Source: Ruditapes philippinarum | Lineage: Eukaryota | DNA length: 64,000 nucleotides | Direction of reading: 5' to 3' | Assembly (NCBI RefSeq): GCF_026571515.1 | Contig: NW_026859558.1 | Coordinates: 372,001-436,000, forward strand | In this document: in pieces, positions 52,402 to 64,000 of the stretch | How positions within the stretch are numbered: the stretch's first letter is position 1 | How the letters are laid out: each line of letters begins with the position of its first letter | Translations under genes and position numbers: made by a program | Notes under the pieces: generated by a model | What the model saw: only the letters and a program-made list of their open reading frames with translations | The model's database searches: none | Told to the model about the DNA's origin: nothing

Positions 52402-53449
52402 TAATCCGAAGCAACATGCCTTTTAGCGGGACTACAATATGTACCTGTAAAGGGCGAGGATAAGAAAAATATACAGCATTACAGAGTCATGTTTTCACTT
52501 TGTTTAATCTGTGTGGCACAATTGTATCCTTCATGGTAGTTGGGAAAAAAGACTCAAACACAATGAATTCACTTTTAACTATTTTCCCCACTTCAATCAT
52601 TGGGTGTGGTGTACTTTTGCATTGAGAAGAAAGGGCATATAAGCTGATAATAATAGCATTACAGTGACTTTGTAACGGTTTTGTATTTTTGCTCTGCCTA
52701 CATTTTATAAATTAGCCACCATCTTTTACATCTAACCTGGCACAAAAAAAAACTGGAAAAAGTACTCCAAGGCATTGGAATTGTAAATAATTCTTTTGTT
52801 GAAAGTGGAAACAGGAAGTGCATCACATTACCAATAATGCAGCAGCTGTTTAGAGCTCTAAATGTTCTAACATTAAAAGTATGTATCGTATTTAAATCTC
52901 TTTCGAATTTCTTGCAGCAAGAACAAATGTTCGACTTTTTGGAATACAGATTGATGCCAGGATCTGATATTTTAGAGTGTTGAAACACACACAGATTTTT
53001 AGACGTGATAATCAAAATATTTAGACTGCACTGCTCATGACCCTTTTTCAGATACTAATTGTTATAAATCACATTCAAGTTGATGTATTTGTAAACAGTG
53101 TTATAAAAAGTAAAATTATATATTTCTTATATTATAAAGCTATGAATTATCAAGCATAGTTACAAGTATATCAAAAATTCTTTAAAATTAGAATTAATGG
53201 TTCTGAAAAATAAAATTAATCTGCAACTTTGTCTTAGTAATTGGTTTATAAATGAAGGGAAATATAGAAACGGATATTCATTGTGATGTGATATAATGAT
53301 AGAAAGAACGATAAACTGTTACCTATATGATCTCAAGTGAAGAAAAAAAATGTAATCTATAAATGATAATATCTTATAATAGCCTGTTAAATGAGCATAA
53401 AATAGGTATCACGTTGATTTTTAACAAAATTAATGTTTGTTTGTATCTA

Positions 53450-53682
53450 GGCCATAGATCCACCTACCTGGCTTTCTTGAAAAACTAACCAGAAATAACC
53501 AATTTAATTCTCCACAAGTGACCAAGTACTAATCACACATGACCTTTTAATCAGCGTTGAGAGTAAAATGACTATTCCATTCAATATCTGAGATAAATTG
53601 TCACGGTTAAATTACTATTCGCCCGAGGAACGAACAAGCGATCCCTGGTATACTAATCTGATGCCCTCCCTGGTAAGCTAAT
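53450..53682 (-). mobile_element. Decayed tRNA-headed SINE-like fragment
   Basis: Minus strand TAGCTTACCAGGGAGGGCATCAG...GTTCGTTCCTCGG resembles a degenerate tRNA head, followed by a moderately GC-rich body. Confidence 0.35.
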
Positions 53683-54940
53683 TTGTAGACTACCTATTGA
53701 GTTAAGAAAGTGAACAAGTGCATGGAAATCCTTTGATCAATATCATTTCCTATAGTCAGTGAATTAAAACTTAGCTATTTTTTCAATATATACAATGCTA
53801 CAGTTTGTTCAAATACATTTTACTTCTTTCTACATTGTGACGTGCACTTAGCAATTAGCAATCATCTTTTGTCTTTTTTCTCTATCTCTCGAAAGCTATT
53901 AAAATATACATAATGCATTAACAAAGTAATTTTCGTAGAATTTTGCTACAACTTTAAATCACATGGAGTCTTAATCACCTCATTAAAACACTGTAAAACA
54001 GTTTGTCGTGCAATTATACTCTAAATGAACAGTTACATAATGTTAACATAAATGTGATTTATATCTTTATTTTTATCTTCTGATTCTAAAAACAAATATT
54101 TTTGTATCTTGTTTCCAAGGGTTTCGATCATTTAATATATAATAATGCTCATGATATACTAATTAATAGGTTTGTGGTCTTTTAATTAAAACAGTGGTAG
54201 TTTCTTTTAAAGAGATTTGATTGTGTGCCACTTGATAAAGGGTTAGACTAAAAACTTGAGTGCTTAATTTCAGGCCATTCTCACATTCCAGTTTTCTAGA
54301 ATTACCATTTTATTGTGCAAATTGACTCAAAAATAAAACAAATCTTTTAGATCAAAGGGGCTAAGAATTTAATATCACTAGAATCGATCTTTTTTAATTC
54401 TGAGAATAGTTTGCTTTCCTATTATCTTATGTCTATAATTTTCCATTTTAAGTGCCAAGTTGACCTATATCTGGATGTAACCATTAGTTGCAACATATTC
54501 AACCATTGCAACAAAGTGCCCTCTGATCAGGATCTGCAGTGTCCGCTATTCTTTCGTTATAGCATTGTTAATAATAACGGAATGATCTGAAGAAAGTGAT
54601 GTCATTGTCAAAAGACTATTTCTTTAATCCTTTTAATGCTAGCAACATTTCTTACCAACATAACTTACAATCCGGCTTATGCCGTAAGATGAATAAAGAT
54701 CAAGCCTTGCTACGAACACGCCTTAAGATCCAGCCTATGCAATATATAATTAAATTCCAACTTATGTCATTGAGATGACTTAAGATCCATATAGTCTGAC
54801 TTTACACATTTTATCATCAGGAAAACTTGACAGTTGCTACATTACCATGACAGTGTCGTTGTAACTTAGATCTTAATAAATCGTAAAGATGAATAGTTAA
54901 ATTTCAAACCTGGAAAATATATCTCATTACATTACTTAAG

Positions 54941-55335
54941 AAATAATATATCCAAAACATTGATTTTATCGCTCAATAACATCACTTTTTGGAGTTCGGA
55001 ATTACATCACGAGGGCGTAGCCCAAGTGATATAATGATGCGCATCTGAACGACAAACGGTGATTTTATCAAGTGATAAAATCACTGATTTGGATATATTA
55101 TTTCGATTCTAACACATCAACAAATAAATGCTGCCGTAGCTGATATTAAATTATATTGCGCCGGATTTGTTTTTGTACTTACTTTCAGCGTGTCACAATT
55201 TTAGTGGTAACGTCACGTGTATAATGATTACGTCACATGTCTCAATATACAACGTCATCTGTGATTTTATTGCATAATAACACACACTTTCGGTTCTTCT
55301 ATGTTCAATAGGGAAATGCGGGTCGTGTTAGAATA
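54941..55335. repeat. Long hairpin element with a GGGCGTAGCCC centre plus an ATTCTAACAC/GTGTTAGAAT inverted pair
   Basis: AATAATATATCCAAA...GATTTTATC pairs with GATAAAATC...TTTGGATATATTATT. A second inverted pair lies at about 55106 and 55326. Confidence 0.75.
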
Positions 55336-55403
55336 TATTTGTCACCTTATGTCAATTGTATAGTATGGCTAAAAGCATTGTAATGCTTAATTGCTAAATA
55401 AAT

Positions 55404-55442
55404 GTTGTTGTTGTTGTTCTTGTTGTTGTTGTTCTTGTTGTT
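55404..55442. repeat. (GTT)n microsatellite (shorter ones near 4757-4777 and 15559-15575)
   Basis: Direct inspection. Confidence 0.9.
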
Positions 55443-55599
55443 AGAATATATCATTAAAACAACTAACACACAATTTAGATTTCAAAATTCGCAGTAATAC
55501 AATTGCTTCTATTATATTCTTTGTCAGGTCAAACTAACTGACTGATTGCCAAAGATCAAGTGTAAGCTAACTCTATAGCAAAGTTTATAGAACTAGATA

Positions 55600-57424
55600 A
55601 AAACTACAAATGTGTTCATAGGACAAGGGTGCCCCCACACTCCACCGATTTGTCAATCTAATGTCTCTAGGTCAATTTTTTTTTTGGCTACATGCTAAAG
55701 CTGTAAACTAAGAATCTATTATCAAGTAAAGGGCAAATACTGCAAATACTATATAAATCCACAAGAAAACCACAAGGTGCATAAGTACACATGCTGACCA
55801 ACATTCTTATAAACTTTCAGGCCTACAGGTCATACACTTTTTGAGTTACGTGCAACACAATTAAATATTGTAAATGTTTTACTAAGTCAATGGCAATAAC
55901 TCTTAAATACTAAAAATATCCACACGAAAATACCCAGGTGCACAACAATACATGCTGAGCAACATTCATTTAAGGTTTTATGACTCAAGGTCAAATACTT
56001 TTTAGGTACGTGCGACACAAGTTGAAAATTGGAAATTTTTACTAAGTCAAGGGCAGTAACTCTTAAAATACTAATATATATCCACACAAAAATACCCAGG
56101 TGCACAACTACACATGCTGATCAACATTCCTGTAAGGTTTCATGACTCTAGGTCAAATATTTTTTTAGTAACGTGCAATATAAGTTGAAAATTGGAAATC
56201 TTTACTAAGTCAAGGGCAATTACTCAAAAAATATCCACACGAAAATACCCAGGTCCACAACTTCACATGCTGAGCAACATTCTTGTAAGATTTCATGACT
56301 ATAGGTTTAATACTTTTATTTGTTTGGGTCGTCAGACCAAACAAATAATGTTAGCGAAATTTCAGAGCCTAATGCTGTTAATTGCAAATGCCAAAATTAG
56401 TCCACTTTTTTGAAATGGTTTCTTCCCTTTATATGTACACTTACACCGAAAAATTCAGGGGAGATCAATGCGTAAAGATTGTCAAATGACAGGCGCATTC
56501 ATTTTCAAGCAAAGTAGTTCCCGAATGGTCGAAGATTTCTAATATTGTTTCATTCTTTATAGATAAACAAGCTGTCAGTAAGCCTCATGATGATTTAAAT
56601 CTGTGTTTAGCGTCGAAATAAACAAACCCTAATTTAGAATGATATGGTTTTCTTCAGGCCAGGCCTTTAACATATAACTTCACCGTGGCCGAGGGGTTTG
56701 CACGCTCGCTTAAGAATCAAGAGGTCTCGAGTTCAAACCTTGTTGAGGCAACTCATTTCTTTTTTTCATTTTTTTAAGTCAAATAAACATTGAATTGACT
56801 ATCAGTGTTGAAATTAGTCTTATAGCAATATTACTAAAGTTAAAGCACTGAACAGCATTGGTGGCACTATACAAAAACAAATTGGTTTATAATCTGACAA
56901 CCTTCACCTTTCTGATATTCTGAGACCGAAATAAATTCAGCGCCTTCTGTGCTTTGATTAAGTTACCTAGTTGAAAATTGATTATTTTTACTAAGTCAAT
57001 GGCAATAACTCTAAAAATACTAAATATATTCACACAATAATACCCAGGTGCACAACTACACATGCTGATCAATATTCATGTAAGGTTTAATGACGCTAGG
57101 TCGATTACTTTTTGAGCTACTTGCGACACCAAAAGGGAACAGACGAACGGACGGACAAAGGTAAATCTAAATGCCCCCTATAGTCGTGCGACACAAGATG
57201 AAAATTATACGTGTTTACTAAGTCAAGGGCAATAACTCTTACAATACTTAAAATATCCAGACGAAAATACCCAGGTGCCCAACTACACATGCTGAGCAAT
57301 ATTTTGTAAGGTTTCATGACACTAGGTCAATTACTTTTTGAGCTACGTGCGACACAAAAAGGGAACGGACGGACGGACAAGGGTAAATCTAAATGCCCCC
57401 CCCCCCATAGTGGGGGCACAATAA
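55600..57424 (+). mobile_element. HINE-like (pearl/DTC84-type) element with about six ~160-bp tandem core repeats, GGAC microsatellite and terminal hairpin
   Basis: Monomer anchor ACTAAGTCAA(G/T)GGCA at about 55725 (degenerate), 55881, 56041, 56204, 56990 and 57217. (GGAC)n near 57145 and 57365. GCCCCC...GGGGGC hairpin at about 57395-57417. Confidence 0.8.
56314..56959 (+). mobile_element. Internally deleted copy of the 32114-33575 HINE, nested in a T-run of another HINE
   Basis: Both termini match the reverse complement of 32114-33575. It interrupts the host monomer at AATACTTTT^. Confidence 0.8.
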
Positions 57425-58035
57425 CCTTGCTGTCATCAAGTAATTACCAACACTTTAACAAGTGTATAATCTTAAAAGTATTGTAATGATTACTATTAAT
57501 AACAGGCAAGATAATGTTTCATTCACAGACTTAAAGAAATGAGTTTCATTTATGAGAAACACCTTAGTGAAGTGTTGGTTCCATTAGTTATTCCATGCAG
57601 ATTAGTTATGAACATAAGAACATGCTGATCTTTCATCATAGTTGTTCCTTGAAAACCATTAATTCATTTTTGAAGTGCTAAATTTTGCGAGATGTTGTCA
57701 CTTTTAACGGGTTGCTGCAAAGTTCCTCAATTAATTTTCCCTCATTTTTCCGCTTTGACAGAACTATTCATGGTAAAAACATATCTATTTATTGTGCTGG
57801 TTAAACCAATAAACATGTTTCAATTGTGAATGCCTAACTAACATAATTTCCACCCTATATTAACCTGTACACTGTTGGAACCGAAATAGATTTGCCTTCT
57901 CGACCACAAATTACCTTCATGCAGCCTTCTATGTATCGTCAGTGTAGAAACACGGACCCCGCAGCATAAGCAAGGTCATTTCGAAGAAGTTGCTGTCGCA
58001 AGCCTTGGACGACGTTCCTGAATAAAAAAAATCTG

Positions 58036-58745
58036 GACTGCGTTTCAAGGAGAGTCTTAAGTCTTAAGTTTGTCTTAAGATAAAAATTGTGACAATTTTG
58101 CGTTTCAAAGAAAGTCTAAAAAGACAGTCTAGGAGTGTTTTAAAGGTATCTTAAGATTGTCCTAAGTTAAAACCACTCCAAAATCAAACACCTTTTTGTT
58201 TAATTTTGTTTTGAAAACTATATGGAATAAAAGATAATGGTCTAACTAAGAAAATTTATCCGAACACCAATATCTTTTATTAAGTCATTAACGCTGTACA
58301 GACGTTTAAAGAGTTGTTTACATGACGTAACAATGTAGCGTAAGATATCGCGTGCAAAACAAGACGAATCTATAAATAATAATTACACTGCGCGCTGTAC
58401 AATTGCAGTTGCGTAGCAAGCAATTGGGTTCGTTACCATTTTTTTACTATGAAATTCAATAAAACGGTTATTTTATCGTTTTCGTGAAATATGGTACATA
58501 TTTACACTCAACATGATTAGAGGGCAATACATTACTTTTTAAACTTGCTATAATCAATTACATAGTAAATCCAATCCGGGATTATCCGCGTGCCTTTTGT
58601 ATTTTGTAACTTTTTGCAGGAGAGCGAATTGATCATAAGTCTTAAGTTTAAGACAAAAGATATGACAGTTGGTCATAAGTGCTAGGATTTAGAATTAACT
58701 AAGGACGATTTAGGATTAACTAAGGATTCTCCATGAAACGCAGCC
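58036..58745. mobile_element. PIF/Harbinger-like MITE with CTG TSD
   Basis: CTG|GACTGCGTTTCAAGGAGA ... TCTCCATGAAACGCAGCC|CTG, with subterminal CTTAAG/CTAAG repeats. Confidence 0.78.
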
Positions 58746-59349
58746 CTGGTCCTTAACTGGTGTCTTGACCCTTTGGCAACCTCCAGCATGCCTCCTGGCG
58801 GGTGTACCATGTAGCCAGTATCTCCCCCAGGCTCTGGTGATGACTGTGTGGTGTACACCAAGCGTCCAATCAACCTGATGGATGGTGCCCCCTGCTGCAC
58901 TATCCCTACTCTGCTTCTCTCAAATGCCCCCTAATTTATGTTGCGTATTCTTGAAATTGAGGTTGGGCGACATAAAAAGATATTGAGGGAAAACAGATTA
59001 TGCACAAAATGTTTTAAGCTTTAATAGAAGATGAGTTTCATATTTTACTTTGTTGTGATTTTTATTCAGAACTAAGAAGTTTACATTTTCCCATTAAATA
59101 CCTTAATGCACCAAATCAAAACAAATTTAATATCTACAAAAAAAGAAGACCTTAAAAGGTTGCAGCAACATTTTTGCATTACTTTTTTGAAAAAAGTAAG
59201 TTAAACATTCAATACCTCTTTGATACACAATGATTATCCAAAACTCCCAGAATTTTTACTGCACATTCTATAATATTTTGTAAATTGTTTCTTTGTATAT
59301 GTTTTTGTTTGGGCCTGAGACCTAAAAGCAAAATAAATATTTGTATTGT

Positions 59350-62300
59350 TCTATTCTCGATTAAGCAGTGTCGGTGACATTTGATTTTGTATTGCAATGT
59401 TTTTAGTCTACAACTTGCTCCCCTCTTCATTCAGAAGATAAAACATTACTGTGATGACATATAGAAAGCATGTAACTAAAATAGATTTTGTATAAAAGTT
59501 AATGACAAATTAATGTACTTATCAAATTTATAAATGTTTAATGAGTTCTGTTGCGAGATGCTTCATTATCGGTTTAACATAAATGATCAGCGGATAGTGT
59601 GTGCTGTTAGACATTGCAGATATGTCATGTGTAGCAATCATTTAATATAGGAGTTGAATCAAAACACGCCATATGACTTATATCAGCTAGATTTTCATCA
59701 GATATAATACCAAAAATATCTCCTGTAATAAACTTATGGGCAATCCAAACATAGCAGAATGTACAAATTCTGGTTAATGTACATATCAAAAGAATTATTT
59801 CACATTTGTTCATAATCGTCTCGCGGATATTACATGTTACAAGCTATTAGGCTAAAATCAATCAAAGACAAACAACCTAGCATTCTCTTTCAAACTTTAT
59901 TACATACTCTAAAACCATAAAGCTTTTCATTCTATAAATGCGTAGGAAACTAAAATAGCTTATTATAACATCAATTCACACTTTTGTTTAAAATCACAAC
60001 TTTTGAGAGGCAAACTTTTAATAGTTTAATGATTTACAAAGGACAAATATTAAAATTGAGACTGCTGTAAGGCATACATAATCTCTCTGAACAAGTAAAT
60101 TTATCTTTTTTAACATATCATCGGAATGAAATAAGTTCTTTAGTTGCCATTTTCATAAGAACATTAAAGTCTACATCTAGGTGGCTTCTCCAGAATCGTC
60201 TAACACGGCCCCAAATTGTGGCTGGAAAACATGGACTACTTATTCCGCGGAAGATTCTGCAATTGCCCAACCGCTTAAAGCATGTTCTTGTCCGTACAAA
60301 TTGTAAAACCCTCCAACGTCACTTATCAACTGACCACGGGAAAATTCAGGAATCTGAAAAGAAATACACTAAAATACTTCAAAAAAGGAAATGTGTAAGA
60401 ACTGAAAAAGACGGTAAAACCTAAATGTAGCTAAAATCTGTGCTCTAAAAACCTTTGTTAAAAAGATCTTAATATAACGCCTTTCACATCATACAAGTAC
60501 TCAATAATAGATTGATATATTTAAGACAGGATTTTTCTACAAACAATTTAATTCATTACAAAGGCCAACAAAGAGCTTATATGAGAGACAAACAATCATA
60601 TGATTTACAAAAATCATAATCACCGATGTTCTCTTAATGACGGGACCTGAAATAGGTCTAGACCAATAAATTGTGTGCAAAAGTACAGCTCGTTCAGTCA
60701 CTGCATTGTAGCAGGAAAATTATTTTGATTGTAAACGAAATGACCCTTAAACTAAAGCGTTGCAACGCTTGTCACAAAATCGGTCCCCATATAGTACACA
60801 GAAAGATTCTCAATTGAATTATGTATATATTTCTTATTTGTTGTTTGCGCATCATTCTGTTTTTAAATAACAGATGATCCATCAAAGAATATCAAATTTT
60901 ATTTTTTTAGGCTTTTGGACCTCAGTCTCATATCCGATTGCGTTTTATTCAAATTAAAAGCAAAATATATTTTTCAAATTTTAAAATATATTAAATGAAA
61001 ATTTTACAGAGTATCCCTTTTACATTACAAAACAATTAATCTTTCTTTTTGAACAATATTCATTTTCATTAAATTGACTTACCTTTTCAATGCTTCATAT
61101 AAATTTCATAAATGGCGTATTTTAGTTTTCTCTTGTCGTTGTACACGTTCATGCATAAATTGTAAAATGCTGTCTAATTCTTCAGTAGTGAGATATCCAA
61201 GTGTTCTAAAATGGTTAATAAGATCAGAGAATCACACCTGTTCTCTTTGGTGCACCTTAAGACAAATAAACGTTTATCTTGATAAAAAAAATATTCTTTC
61301 ATTTAGATTTAAACAATTTCAAAAGGAATTGCTATAAATTACATGTCTGTTTCATTTAATGATAGAGTAGAAAAGAAATGGATACTACAGAAAATGCTTC
61401 AATGTCTGATCCTTTGTTTTTATATTATATGAAAATCCTTTAATGCCAGGTGACAGCACCTGCCTATTTATCATACTACGTCTCTAATTAGAAACGAATT
61501 GGCATTTGTTTTCTAAATTTTCAAACTTTATTTCCTTTTTACAGTTACAAGAAATGTTTTGATGACCAGAATCAAAATTCCATTGTGAGAGTTTTATTTC
61601 CTTTTTGACTGGTCCACTGTCCCAGCCCATAGTATCACTAACATCAACAACATTAAATTTAATATAGTTAGTATGTGTTGAACTTTTGCCATCCCTGCGA
61701 GCAGAAGCTATTGCAACAGCCACTGGTGGACACTAAAGAGATACATGAAATTAAAAAAATATAGTCGTAGCCATTACAATTGACTGTCTGATAAACGACT
61801 TTTAGTCAAAATGATTTGAAAATCTTTAGAATGTTTCTTTGAGTTTTTAATTTGACTAATTTAGCAACGATTTTTTATCTCCACCATTTTCGTATCTTAA
61901 TTCGATAATGCAGTTATCAAAACAGGATTTAAACTGATTTTTGTTTATAAGCAACATTTGTTTGACCAAAATGTAATTAAACAAATACCTTCTTAGCAAC
62001 AGCTTAAAGTTGGTTTGGACCACCGTAGCATTGGACTTTACATGTTGCATATACGTTGGATATATTTTCTAACCACCGACTATCATGAAGTTCAAGGTAA
62101 CACAATAATGTTGAAATACCTGAAAATGAAAAATAAAACCAATTTATTAACGTAGCATCAACACTGTAGATGTCATATGACGACATTCTAGCTTGACCTC
62201 AGTAACATCTCTGAGTAATGTTTTTGCACAAACGGGAGCATTAGTAAAACAACTCACTTTCCGAAAGTCAGATAGATAGCTTTTGAAAGAATCCAAAATT

Positions 62301-63420
62301 CAAAGTCTTTGACGGAATTCAAACCCACACAGGTATGGGCAAGTGGTCTGAAGTAAACGTCCAGTCGGCCATGGACATTTGTGTAGTAGATAGATGTAGT
62401 AAGAAGGTGAATAGAAATTTGTTAACGCACCTGTATTTTGATAAAAAGCTGTAAAATAAAGAGTTTGTGTAACAATGATCCCATTGATTTTTTTATTAAA
62501 TGTGATGAGAAAATTAACTCCGTATATACTCATTTTGACAATCAAACAGTAAAGTCATTATAGTTTTCAAGATCTAAAATCAGACGTTAATTAGTTTGAA
62601 GCCATTCTAAATAACAGTCACAGCGAATGACATTTCAATAAACGTGACCTTCTATTTATCATGAGATCACACATGTTGAATTAAGATTTGTCTTCCTGTG
62701 ATGATGAACAGGAAGTATGAGACAAGATAAATATGAAGTCAAATCTCAGCAGTCAAACAGTATGATTAAGAGCCTTGTACTTGACTTATTATTCATTAGA
62801 GAAAATACATACTGTTTTCAATAGTTCTGACACAAGGATCAATGAAGACTGTCACAAACACATAACAAGAATCCTTTAGTTCAATCTTTTTAAAGTTATA
62901 AGCATTCATGTTAAAAGCAAAACGGTCATTAGTAATAAAGTGGGTTACTTTTCAAAATTCGAAAAGCATACATTATACATGTATTAATAAACGTAACTGA
63001 ACACACAGGTCGTAAATGAACTCAAGAATTCTGTGAAACTTGAAGCCAAAAATACAAAAATCTACTTAAAAAATATCCTATTAATATTGAAATATATACC
63101 AGTAAAATAATTGAAACAAATCTGTCTTGTACATGTATTTGTCATTGTGTCTATTAAAACATTATGCATTTAGTTATGTAACACATTCAATTATGTCTTA
63201 TAGTTTGATTTCACTATTCGATTTTTATTTGCTGCGCAAACACTAATGACTGTTTTTTATATTTTACTAAACAGAAGTATTCCAATTTTATGTATTGAAT
63301 CACTTTATCATGATGATTTTATGCACAGTTCAGACTTGTTTACACAGCTAATCAGTTCATTTTTTCATTTATTATCGTATCTTCCTCTTGTACATCAATA
63401 TTTATGACAGTCTGCTGTAT
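59350..63420 (+). repeat. Segmental duplication unit Y
   Basis: Collinear with unit X, from GATTAAGCAGTGT.GGTGACAT to GACAGTCTGCTGTATA. Confidence 0.92.
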
Positions 63421-63582
63421 AGGCCAGGCTCGCTCATGACCCGGACACAACCTTTGTTTTGGTAGTGAATTATTTGTTTGTTGACTGGGATCACAAGACT
63501 CTTCAACTTTAAAATTTAAGTCATTGCCTTCTTGATTAGCTTCAGAATTCTGCTCCTCCTTATAACAATCACAATTAAACAT
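61224..63582 (-). pseudogene. Putative two-exon small-protein gene, copy Y (exon 63582-63381 and exon 61255-61224); donor GT changed to AT
   Basis: Open exon MFNCD...LCPGHERAWPIQQTVINIDVQEE+G preceded by an acceptor-like CCCTTAG 6 nt before the ATG. A phase-1 terminal exon reads (G)APKRTGVIL*. Homologous segments occur in W and X. Confidence 0.45.
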
Positions 63583-64000
63583 TTCAGCCTAAGGGGCAAA
63601 GAAATGAGAGTGTTACATTATCAAAAAATATTTGATTTAAAAATTATTTCCACTAGTTTTCAAATGCTATGTTTATATTGTTTATTCTTTCATTTTTCAT
63701 TCATATCAAACAAAAATGATTAATAAGTTTTGAAATATTCATATTAGTTCCCTTTAACAATTAACAAATATAGTTTCACAGCACGAGCTGGCTTTAAAAA
63801 ACCAAGCATGTAGTGTTCAAAATCAATCAATCAGAGTATTATACAACTATACACAATATTTGTATATGAATGTAATTCATAATTGAGACACAAGCATCAT
63901 ATAAGCTATATCTTTAAAGACATATGCAAAGAGTCTTCGGATAAACATGGAATATGATGTAACAGCCACATTGTATATATTGAAAATAAGTATAATGTGA

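Noticed and set aside
55700-57360. CRISPR-like repeat array
   Set aside because: Contiguous ~160-bp monomers with no unique spacers, no cas genes, and a eukaryotic TE context.
11270-59700. CTGATGA occurrences as hammerhead ribozyme cores (e.g. near 11277, 38310, 46027, 49012)
   Set aside because: No accompanying helix II/GAAA and stem pairing seen by eye. An Infernal search would be needed to exclude them formally.
61484-61723. C1q-like reading of ORF VAVAIASARRDG...IKFNVVDV
   Set aside because: Resemblance is superficial, the frame is not preserved in paralog X, and the lectin-like frame fits at least as well.

Overview
AT-rich, repeat-dense eukaryotic (metazoan) DNA with one 137-nt assembly gap. 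The repeat repertoire suggests a bivalve mollusc; this is inference. No intact host protein-coding gene is evident, and most short ORFs in the track are noise. The main feature is a full-length but mutated tyrosine-recombinase retrotransposon (DIRS order, PAT-like) on the minus strand at 15605-20510. It has split direct repeats (A1-ORFs-B1A2-spacer-B2), a gag-RT-RNaseH-methyltransferase reading frame and a YR frame, disabled by one frameshift and three TAA stops. Phase-matched splice signals suggest the YR is expressed as a spliced Gag-YR fusion. The rest of the window is a decayed array of tandem segmental duplications: units A (about 1.5-10.3 kb) and B (about 10.8-26.9 kb), and units W (about 33.7-37.9 kb), X (about 46.2-50.2 kb) and Y (about 59.3-63.6 kb). 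W, X and Y each carry a differently broken copy of what looks like a small two-exon gene of about 77 aa whose reconstructed C-terminus is a CaaX motif. Scattered through the window are TTAA-flanked Kolobok-like and piggyBac-like MITEs, a Harbinger-like MITE, tRNA-derived SINEs, a LINE 3' relic, long hairpin elements, and Helentron-type non-autonomous elements (one family carrying tRNA-like modules, with a copy nested in another that carries a ~160-bp tandem array). Coordinates were counted by eye and may be off by a few bases.
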